Assembly (NCBI RefSeq): GCF_964194155.1
Contig: NC_135891.1
Span: forward strand, 24,676,001-24,740,000
Reading direction: 5' to 3'
Length of the DNA: 64,000 nt
Origin: Cetorhinus maximus
Taxonomy: Eukaryota
This document shows positions 54,321 to 64,000 of the stretch, one piece after another (position 1 is the first letter of the stretch; the number at the start of each line of letters is the position of its first letter). The notes beneath the pieces are model-generated. The model searched no databases, was not told the origin of the DNA, and saw nothing but the letters and a program-made list of their open reading frames with translations. A program made the translations under genes and the position numbers.

Positions 54321-54722
54321 CAACAGGGTCAGCAATCTGCCTCCAAAGCCGCTGCCAGTGTGGGGTGGGGGCACCAGGATGCAGCACTCTCAAATTTAAG
54401 GCAACATGAGCACAGGATAGGGTTTTCACAGGTGACATGCATTCATTTCATTGATGCTATGTATTGTTTTGTGTCACTTTAGCAGCCATATTATGTTTTG
54501 TTCCTTGTTTGCATCTCTGGTAAAGATATAAAGCAAGATTTTGTTTCAATGCCCTGAGTGTCCCTCATGTTTTCTATAGGTGCGGACCTCATCAGTGCCT
54601 TATGATAGACGGCAGGGACAGCAAACTTTATCACGGAGGTTGTGAGGCGACATTGAGGTCATGGCCTTTGCCTTCACAGAAATGTGTGTGATGAAGGCAG
54701 TGCCCTTGCACTGAGATGGAAG

Positions 54723-55981
54723 TCAAGCCCTGGCAACCCAGCTGAAGGAGCGTTGAATCAAGGCCTCCCTGGTGTCCCTGCTTCCTGGAAGGTTCATCAA
54801 GTCTGCCTTCTTGTCCTCACCATGTGTCTGCCTGGGCTTCTCATCAGATCCATCTGTAGAGTCTTCATCTGAGGCCTGTGGAGCTGCCTCAGTATCCTCA
54901 TCCTCGTGTGGGTCCTCCCTTGCCAGTGCCAGATTGTGTGGCATGTAGCAGACTATGATAATAAGCAACACGCGCTCTGGAGGAGATTGTAGGGAACCCC
55001 TGGAACGTTCCAGGTAGCGCAACCTCATCTTCAGTAGCCCGATTATCCACCCAACCACCACCCTTGTGGAGGCATTGTGTACCTCTCTTTTGCCTCTGTC
55101 CTAGGGTGCCGGAGTAGTGTCATAAGCCATCCTTTCAACGGATACCCTTTGTCACCCAGCTGCCAACCATCCAGCTGAGCTGGAGCCACAGACAGCCTTG
55201 GCACCTGGGTGTGTCGCAGGATGTTTGAATTATGGAAGCCCAGGTACCTTGCATAGACTTGCAGAATCTGGGTCTTGTGATTGCATACTAGCTGCATGTT
55301 CATGGAGTGGCAACCCTTCCTAATCACAAAGGCACATGGCAGAACCGCTGGCACCTTGATGGTCACATGAGTGCAGCCTATGGTATGTTGGATGCAGGGG
55401 AACCCAGCAGTAGCTGCAAAGCCTCTGGCTTGCTCAGTCTGGCTGGCTTCGTCCATCCGGTAATGAATGAATGTGAGGACCCGTCTGAACAGAGTGTCAG
55501 TTATGAGATTGACGCAGCTATGGACAGATGATTGGGACACTCCACACAGATACCCCACTGACCCCTGGAAAGATCCAAATACATAAAAATTGAGGGCTAC
55601 TGTGACCTTCAGAGCCACTGGCGTTGGGTGCCCACCCACACATTTGGAGGCGACCGCTGGCCCAATGATGTCACGGTATCCCTAGAGAGGCGGAGCCTCC
55701 TGCAACAGTGGACCTCTGACATGTTGAGGTAGCTCAATCACTGCCTGTACACTCTGGCAGCAGGGTAGTGGCGTCCTCTGAGGTCTTGCCCACCTTGCTG
55801 GCCCTGCACCCACTGTGCCTCTGCCTCTGCCTCTCCCCCCACAGGCCTCTCCCATGCAAGGCTGCCTGCGGACACCTGGCCTGCTCTCTCTTCTGCCCCT
55901 CTCTTCCTCCTCTGAGGAGGTGCCCCCAGTGAAGTACACAAGCCCCATCTGTTGAGATGCAGATGGCACTGCCCCGTACAC
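54723..55981 (-). pseudogene. Harbinger (HARBI1-like, DDE_Tnp_4-type) transposase, frameshifted
   Basis: VALKVTVALNFY..GSFQ, GVSQSSV, AGFP...IGCTHV, RKGCHSMNMQLVC, LGDKGYPLKGWLMT, IIGLLKMRLRYL; first catalytic D and the E replaced by G; stops and frameshifts. Confidence 0.92.
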
Positions 55982-57467
55982 CTGAAGGCTGCACTGGGCA
56001 GAAGTGTTCCAATAGAGTTGACAGAAGAGCCCTTAGAACAAGGTTAACAAAGCAAATACTTCAGAAGAAACCGGAGGTAAATGTCTGAAACCTCAACAGT
56101 AAAGCAACAGCAAACTCTCACCTGAACTCCTAACAACTTACACAGTCAATGCTTCTGTCCCCTTTTATCCCGCCCTTGGGTGAGAAAAGTGAAAAAACGG
56201 GATAGCCGCCTGTTTGTGTTGCCCGTGCGCCGACCAAAAAATTACCCGGCAACATAAAATTCCAGTCAGGTGCTCTTTTAGTTGCCTTAAGTGGCTGATT
56301 AGTTGTCAGCAGGAGTGCTGCCGACTCCCGCACATGCCCACCGACCATTATAAACGCGCATTTGCGCGGTGATGTCAGGACGTGCAGCCAACATCATCGC
56401 GCGCAATTTAATGTCCTTTTGGCTCGGTCGCATGCACAAAATTAACACACAAAATTCTGGCCATAGTGACACAAGAAAATTATCTCATTCCCAATTTACT
56501 TTTTCTCAAAAAACATGATATTAATTAAACCACTTTCTGTTTTCAGATCAAAATTGGACTTCCGTTCAGAAAATATATTTAACTTTTGATTATTTTCATG
56601 CATCTGAAAAAAGATGATCTGTCTTCTCTGTGGAAGAAGAAAGCATGAACTTTCAAAATAAAACCTCAAACTGTAAATGAGATCACAATGGTTAGGCCAA
56701 GAAATGAGTAGGGTATTTGGCAGGTTAAATCCAAGATCAATCGCAATTAAAATGAAGGACAGCTCTGATAATAGTATTAAATACAATAGCAAATTCCTGG
56801 GAGACTTAACCAATCATGATTCTGTTTGAAGCATTCAAGGGCTCAGTTTTTGCTGTACTAATAACAGCGAGGCAGTCAGCAGAGGGTAAAAGTGAGAGCA
56901 ACTTCTGGCATCTGCATATGGTGTGAAGTTGCTGTACTTAACTCTTAGATGCACACTTCACACTGTTCAATGTATTTGAATGAGGATCTAGAAGACTAGA
57001 TGCCATTTTGGCTTTTACTTTGGAAAGGCAAGTCACCTTGGACAGCAACTTAGGAATTTCCGCATTTAACTGCAAATATGTGGTTGCCAGAAGTTGCTTT
57101 TTGATTTCCACATAAAACTTGGGAAAACTGTATAATAACAGAAAAAAAATCAGCAATTTCCAATCTATAGAGAAACATCTACAGCGAAAGTGATCTGCAA
57201 TTAGATACAAACTAACATTTTAAGAAAAATAAAAGGTTTGTCCATTCCAGTGTAAGTGCCTTTTTAACAACATAGTAAGTCTTAATTACTGCCAAAAAAG
57301 CCTTCCTGGTACTAAGTTTTTACAAATGTGGAGCCTTATTCCTTCAGATTTAAATTATTGTTGTAGATTTTTCTTAAATGTAATTTTATTTTACTTTCTC
57401 TTTCTGTCCCTTTTATATTACTCTTTAAATGCAATTTTATTTCACTCTCTTTATTTTGCTTTCTGTG

Positions 57468-58282
57468 CAATATGCCCTCATTTTAAGTTGTAGTTGCATT
57501 CCTGGAAATTGTAACTTTATGTGAATTGTGAGTTCACAGAGGAAATAGTGTTAAAGCTGGAATTAGATTCCATTGGACGTTTATCACCCAGAAGAAAAAC
57601 AATCCAAGCTGAAATAACTTCCAAAATAAAATAAATCACTAAATATAAAATAAATCCTCTATGAATTCAAATTAGATACACTCAGCAGCCTCAAGCCATT
57701 TTAAAACATCCATATTTCACTGCTAGGCTGATGGCTTTCCTTGCTTTCTTTACAGCAGCAGACACACAACCAGCACTTACTGGGCATTTCTGGCTCATGT
57801 TTAAAAGTGATTTAAAACAACCACAGCAAGCATCTCTGAAACTCCAAAATTTAAATCAAACTTAATTCCAACTTTTTTGCTTAAAAGGAAACAATTCTAA
57901 CTTTAGATGCCTCTGGGTTTTAAAAAAAAATCAATGTTGCCTCGAAAATAGTACAAATAGCCTCCTGAACAATGGCGCCAATCAGGTCGCAGGACCCGAT
58001 GTTGCATGAAGGGAGCCAAGGCGTGATGGCACGTGCAGCGCGATGGCAATGGGTGATGATGCCACACCTGCCAATGAAAACAGACGGCAATGGAGACAGG
58101 TGGTGATGAACGCGCGTTCCAGTGCATGCAATGAAAACGATGTTGATAACGTGAGACGGCAATGATATGACACGACTCTAAGGCAGAAATCACAACTTAA
58201 ATCAGGGAAACGGGTCCTAAAACAAAAACGACTTTAAAACGAAACGACTTAAAGCGGGGCGACTTAAAATAGGGAGTTACTG
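57468..58282. mobile_element. Non-autonomous Tc1/mariner (pogo/Tigger-like) element
   Basis: Right end cgacttaaaatagggagttactg|TA; degenerate left TIR caatatgccctcattttaagttg; host repeat rejoins across the insertion (ttctg|tacctg). Confidence 0.7.
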
Positions 58283-59544
58283 TACCTGCTTCGACATTGA
58301 ATTCAATATTCTATTTGACACTTCTTGGTTCAAATGCTGCTCATTAATGATTCTTTAACCTGATTCACAAAAGTCCTAGAGCCCTGTAGATGGTGTTGCA
58401 TTTTTTGGACAGTTGGTCGACAGGAACTTGCTATGTGTAAGTGCATAGAAGCTCTATGGATAAGTGCAAGTCTAACCATCAGCTGGTTCTGTTCACTGAG
58501 CGCTCAGAACAAACAACTGCTCATTACCTTCTATCGTTTATAGGCAACAAAGAGAGGAATGAATAAGTCTGGGGGACCATTCTATTGTATAAAATATATG
58601 GTCAATTCAATGTGTTGCCTGAGTTTGTAATAGATTTGTTGCTCCGTAGGTTAGCAGAATTAACTAAACAAAACTTGCACTTTATGAACAAAGAAAAACA
58701 AAACAGGTGAGCAAATATTACGATAATCACTTTGCATGACATATATTCTGAGATTCTAAAAATATCAAGAGTTATTGACAAATATGGCTATCAATTGAAG
58801 ACTTACATAAACATAAGGTCCTTTAATAAGTAAATTTAACTACTCTTTTCAGAATTTGTTAGAAATTATTTAAATACACAAGGAATGATTTTCAACTGTC
58901 GTCAGTCACACTTACCCATGAAATGAGGACATTAGGTAAAAAATTGAAAAACAAAATACATCCTGCACATTGGCTGCCAACTCAATCTTTGAGTGAGCCT
59001 CAAACGGTAAGAATGGCACTCTCACCTTTCTGAGATGTTTCAGTGGGGATCCTACTCAAATTGCAGGAATCCACTGTAATTTTTCAATACCAACGTGCAC
59101 ACATGCCTTTTGCCCATTGCCACCCAGCAGTGCCCAGCCGAATGTGCTGAAGGCCACTCAGAAAACTCTCAAAGTCCTTTTTATAATTATTTTGTTTAAA
59201 TGAATTCTGCTAAGTCATTGTAGCTGAACCGGGTTTTTTTTTTCAATTATTGTTCCAAGTTGTTCCAAATACATCTTAACCATATCTGATTTGGAATTGT
59301 TTACATTGACCAGATTTGAAAGCTCAAATTGGAATAAGTGAATGGTCCAATTACTTCAAGTTTTTGGAAACTACTTACAGTGCTGTTACCATAGTAGATT
59401 GTTTCTGGCTAATTTTATAATCATTTGAATACATAAGTTTTGTAGCTAAACTTTGTTTTTTAATGTTTTCATCAATGACGCACCCATGATTTTTATCTTC
59501 CATACAAATGTATAAACAATGGAGGACAGGGAAAGACTCTCTGG

Positions 59545-59750
59545 TCCATCCACAATTGTGACATTTAAACCATGTACACACCATACCCCTTCCAAAAGCA
59601 TGAAATCTCCTGCGAGAGGGGACAAATCAGACAAAAGCCCAGGCCAATTCAGGGAGAAAAAGCTTGAAAATTCCTCTCCGACATCCCTAGGTGATAAAAA
59701 CTATTTTAGGAGATCATTCAGGCCCTGATAATTCCTTGCAGTGCCTACCT
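59545..59750 (-). mobile_element. CR1-like 3' end fragment
   Basis: Reverse-complement 3' UTR-like sequence. Confidence 0.45.
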
Positions 59751-59849
59751 GCAATATTGCTTGTGATTTCTGATACACCCCTGCGATCTCCAACTCTTCC
59801 CCTGCAGTTCATAATTCCCCCTGTGCTTTCTGATTTCCGCCAAACAATC

Positions 59850-59985
59850 TTTGATCCCCCTCTGAAATCTCTGACCCCCATCCTTTCTGCAATCGCTCAC
59901 CCATCCCCTATGACCTTCGACCTCCAACAATCTCTGACCCCTCTACACAATTTCTGACTCTCCCTATTTACCTGACATCCACTCT
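59850..59985. repeat. Degenerate C-rich tandem repeat
   Basis: Recurrent aatctctgacccc-like units. Confidence 0.5.
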
Positions 59986-60581
59986 GCAGCTGTTTTGCGG
60001 CCCTACAAACAGCCAGCCTGTCAATTATATTGGCTGTCGGATGGGAAACAACTGACGATGTAAAAAACGCCCTGCAGTTAAATCCTGCTGTACACGTAAG
60101 ACATCCTTCAGGCCTAGATTGGGTGAAACAGTAAATTAGAATAAATTTGAGTGCTATCAATTCGACTCAAAACTCGTCTAGGCTGATGGGCATGAGGACA
60201 AGTCAGATAAAATGAAAGGAGAAAAACACGTGTACATATGAGTGCTAGACTCTGTAAAGACATGCCCTACAGTTGTTGTGAAAGATGATAGACTATTATA
60301 AGTAAAAGGAAGATGTTAATTGTGCAAACTGTAAGAGGCCTTGAATCCAGAAGAAGCTATATAACCAACTTGATTCAATGGAGTTACTTCTTTACAAACA
60401 TTTTACTAATAAGATTTTAGGAAGTTTTGTCAAACTACAACATAACCCAAAAAGGAAAGGACATTACAGGAGTGAAGTTAGGATAAAAGCAAAATACTGT
60501 GGATGCTGGAAATCTGAAACAAAAACAAAAATTGCTGGAAAAACTCAGCAGGTCTGACAGCATCTGTGGAGAGAAAGACAG

Positions 60582-60620
60582 AGTTAACGTTTCGAGTCCG
60601 TATGACTCTTCGTCAGAACT
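60582..60620 (-). ncRNA. Minimal type I hammerhead ribozyme motif, intact core
   Basis: AGUU-CUGACGA-A-GAGUC-AUACG-GACUC-GAA-ACGU-U-AACU: stem I AGUU/AACU, 5-bp stem II, palindromic ACGU in place of stem III, GUU cleavage triplet. Confidence 0.75.
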
Positions 60621-60625
60621 TCATC

Positions 60626-60664
60626 AGTTCTGATGAGGAGTCATACAGACTCAAAACATTAACT
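60626..60664 (+). ncRNA. Minimal hammerhead ribozyme motif, mutated core
   Basis: AGUU-CUGAUGA-G-GAGUC-AUACA-GACUC-AAAACAUU-AACU; GAAA changed to AAAA and ACGU to ACAU, both at CpG sites. Confidence 0.55.
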
Positions 60665-60981
60665 CTGTCTTCCTCTCCACAGATGCTGTCAGACCTGCTG
60701 AGTTTTTCCAGTGACGTTAGGATCATTTGCACCTATTTTTGAGGCACCACAAGTGTCTGTAGAGCTCCAAACTGTGATCCACACTACCATAAACTGCTGG
60801 GGTGAATTGAGGTGGACACCATATTGGTAAGTGCGTGTGCAGTGAACAGCTGCCAGAAATATGCGGAGCAGATAGATCATGATGTTAATCAAAGAGCAAT
60901 ATTAACTTGATGCCATTTTGATTCTGAGCAACAGCCTGAAGGAAGAAGTGGCTCAGTAATATCATCACAGCTTGACATACT

Positions 60982-61260
60982 ATGGATCAACAAATTATTT
61001 TATTCTGGGCTGTTCAACATGAAGCCCACAGAAAATACGGCTCACAGTCCTTCCTGTCTTCTATCACAGAGGTCTTGGATGACATCACATGGGACAGTGT
61101 GGACAAACTACTAATCCTGGGCAAGCTGACAAAGGTTGTTGGGTCCTTCGAGATGAGTAAAACTCCCAGAGTGATGTCTTATTGGCTGAATTGTATTCAA
61201 CTCTATGGGATTGATTGTACCAGACCTGCTGAAAGCATACAAGAGTATGCTTCTGGCTGG
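60982..61260 (+). mobile_element. Possible RTE-like endonuclease remnant
   Basis: EVLDDITWDSVDKLLILGKLTKVVG resembles the APE motif DKLI.LGDFNARVG; catalytic residues lost. Confidence 0.35.
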
Positions 61261-61263
61261 CAG

Positions 61264-63310
61264 TGTTGTGTATTGCACTGAGGAAATATTAACATGTGGA
61301 CTCACAGTTGGCAGCCATTATTGAACTAACTTTATTTACACCACCCCAACAGAGAGGACAGCAGAGAGGGAAATATAACAAAATGCTCAGATCTTGCAAT
61401 GTACCACACTCCTTCACCACGTAACACAAACACAACTTATACATTAAAATGTAAAGTGGTACATGTACCTAAGTTCCCAGAATATGACTAAACCAATATC
61501 AACAATACCTGAAAATTTAATAGGTTGGGTTGCATACTTGTTTTTACCGTAACCACAACCAAAACTATATGACCGATACTACCAGAGTAATTCACATGTG
61601 GTATTTAACAAAAATATCAACATTTTACAAGAAAGATTGAAAATAACAACTTAGGCCTTCTTCTTTCCTATATACTTTTTATGAACCTACCTGGCTTCTT
61701 TCTCTCTCTGCCTGGGTATCTCCTTCCATTTCCATTAACTTGATTCTACTCTCTCAACATCTCTGACTGTGTTAAAACTGAACTTTGACCTTGAATACCA
61801 ACTCCACTTAATGGTTGGAACTGTGACACTGATTGATTTGTTTTAATTAAAGACCCTGACTCACTTTGCTCTACCGCTGGATTCTTTTTCACTTTCACTT
61901 TCTTTCTGACTTTCACTTTGGGCTGTTGGAGGAATTTGGGTTATAAGATGTTTATCATGCTCTCCTTTTGTCAGATTCCCTCTTTCAAGCAAATGATCTA
62001 CATGAAACTGATACAGTCTCTCTCCAGTCTTCACTAGATATGTGAATGCACCTAGTCTTTTCACAACAACTCCAATCACGTACTTCTCCTTATCACCTTG
62101 GTGTTTTTTATGCCGTGACCTTCTGACCAGCAGTGAATTCTCTAAGTTTCATGCCTCATGTATCGTGACTCATCTTCACTTTCTCTTGCTTTTCTCTTAC
62201 TTTGCTATTGACATCGGTTTAAGCAAACTAAACCTTGTCCTAACACTAACTTTCTGTCTGATAACCAATTCTCAATCCATACTGGTATGTTCCCCCAATT
62301 CCATACCCTCTAATTTTATTTACTAAACCTGTGTGGGACCTTATCAAAAGCCTTCTGAAAATCCAAATACACCACATCCACTGGTTCTCCTTTAGCTATA
62401 CTACAAGTAACATCCTTAAAAAGCTCAAGTTTGTGTGACATACTCCTGCAATTTCTCATCATCGCATTCTTTAGACCAGCCATTCATGGCATAATTGAAC
62501 ACTTTGCTGAGCACCATATCCTTGCGAGTTTCTTCATTAATTTCCCTGGCAGCCTCTGGCATGACACTTGTGAATACAAAGTAATTCACAGATAACTCTG
62601 GCAAGAAAAAAAAGGTTTCATGGGAAATATCGAAAGAATTTCTGCATTAGTATGGTCTGCTGACTTATAAAATCTAATATCATACTGATGGCTAATTTTA
62701 TCATTAGGTCCTCCTTGCTCAAAGATCACATTGTGCTCTCTTAGCACTTCCTCAATGACAGATGTACTCTTACTGACCCCTACTGTAAATAACTCGGCGC
62801 AGTTTAACCATACCTTCATAAGCCCATCAGGGAGGCTTTGTTCCCTCCTACTACTACCAATGGCAAATAGTAGGGTGCATCATTGTATTCCACTGTTAAT
62901 TAACTTGACCTAGCACTGGAATACTGTTGTTGGAATTATTAGTCAGTTTCACACCAGATTTGCATAAAGGAAGGTGACTTAGGGACCACTTGTACTCTCC
63001 TTCCGAGATAACAGACATGGCTGTATCAGCAATAAAAGTAAGTTTTGAATCTCCAACTTTTTGACTTGGCACTGGAATTTTATCTTCAGCTCTATCAATC
63101 TCCATGTGTAGCTTTTCATGCACTCTGACTGTGCACAACTCTTGATTTTCCTGCTGGATAACATCAACTTCTTTTTCCACATCTATCATATGAGCATTCA
63201 AGGATTTCCAAACTCCTGAACTATCTTACGGTCTATCACAACCTTGACTTGCTGCATAGCTGTGACCTGGAGCTTCACCACAATCTGCAACATGGTCCAA
63301 ATTCCTCCTA
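61264..63310 (-). mobile_element. Gypsy LTR retrotransposon remnant (3' LTR, integrase C-terminus, protease)
   Basis: Short LTR candidate TGTTG...CCACA 61264-61408 with purine tract on minus; GVVVKRLGAFTYLV...HVDHL; YDIRFYKSADHTNA; LTFIADTAMSVISE; small CR1 RT piece inserted at about 62325-62420. Confidence 0.75.
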
Positions 63311-63439
63311 AGTTCAGGTCTGACACAGTCAGAAATGTTACGAGAGCAGAGTCTATCTAATGGAAAAGGAAGGAGATACTGAGACAGAAAGAGATGCCAG
63401 ATAGATTAATGAAAGTATGTTGGAAGGAAGAAGAAATAA

Positions 63440-64000
63440 GGTGCCATAACTTCCGCCGATTGGAAATCACAATCCGATTTTCACTCTGCTCCTTTTCACT
63501 TAAACTGAAATGCAGCCTCACCTTTCTCATCTGAACTTCCAACTCTAGCTGGATGAGGATAGTGCAGTGCAGAGAGTTCCTGAGGCCTTCTGTCGAGTCC
63601 AGTAGAGCCTGGGGAAAAGAAGACATGGTCCCTTTTTAGGGCATTAGCTCATGCTAGGGGTTGGGGGGGGGCCATTGGGGAGGCGCCCGTGGGAGTTCAG
63701 GAGGGCAGCCGGGAGGGTAGTCGGGGGTGGGTATGTAATTGGGGGTTCTGGGGTTAATTGGGAGGTCAGGAGCATAGCCCCCTGGGCTTGGGTGTTAGTC
63801 AAGGGGTTGGGCGGGTGGTTGGGAGATGTAATTTGGGTGTCAGGGAATGTCATATACTATAGTTACCCAGGAGTTATAAATGGTTTTAATTCTTCTAACT
63901 TTTCCTGGGCAACTATTCCAGTAATACAGTCAGAACCGTCCAAAGGCTGCAATTGAAATTAGAGTATCAGATGGCTCCCAGTGCAGGGCAATTGCCCAAA
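63440..64000. mobile_element. Harbinger-type G-rich MITE, runs off the window end
   Basis: Left arm similar to 29133-29200; 63860-64000 similar to 33620-33760; G-rich centre. Confidence 0.7.

Larger units (their letters stand above)
52389..56462. mobile_element. Full-length PIF/Harbinger DNA transposon (autonomous-type architecture, inactivated)
   Basis: TIRs ggcctgaattt / aaattctggcc; TSD ACA/ATA; convergent Myb/SANT gene (+) and DDE transposase (-). Confidence 0.92.
60485..60711 (-). mobile_element. Penelope-derived fold-back (inverted pLTR) insertion
   Basis: 86-bp inverted arms 60535-60620 and 60626-60711, 5-nt spacer; extra 50-bp tail 60485-60534; flanking direct repeat agtgaagttaggat (60471-60484) / agtgacgttaggat (60710-60723). 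Confidence 0.85.

Noticed and set aside
55043-55639. Host HARBI1 gene
   Set aside because: Lies inside TIRs and TSD next to a Myb gene, is frameshifted and has lost catalytic residues; it is a transposon copy
56938-57210. Minus-strand ORF or exon
   Set aside because: AT-rich, no recognisable homology, weak splice context
60535-60711. Pre-miRNA or DNA-transposon MITE
   Set aside because: Arms match Penelope pLTR fragments elsewhere in the window, contain hammerhead cores, and the flanking repeat is 14 bp with an asymmetric tail; hairpin processing is not excluded but unsupported

Overview
Eukaryotic, repeat-dominated vertebrate DNA, most consistent with a shark or other elasmobranch genome (inferred from the repeat inventory: CR1 and L2 LINEs, DeuSINE/SacSINE1-like SINEs, Penelope pLTR remnants, Harbinger MITEs). 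No intact protein-coding gene can be supported; nearly all ORFs in the track are decayed transposon fragments or chance ORFs. Main contents: CR1, L2 and RTE LINE remnants; three minus-strand Gypsy elements that all appear to lack the RT core; several solo LTRs; a full-length but dead two-gene Harbinger transposon (52389-56462) with two internally deleted Myb-bearing relatives and several MITEs sharing an extended target-site consensus; a Tc1/mariner(pogo)-type non-autonomous element; and Penelope-like fragments. The most striking object is a ~225-bp fold-back insertion (60485-60711) flanked by a 14-bp direct repeat and carrying two opposed minimal type I hammerhead ribozyme motifs, one with an intact core. 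A few weak minus-strand exon candidates are flagged. All alignments were made by eye; ends of decayed elements are approximate.
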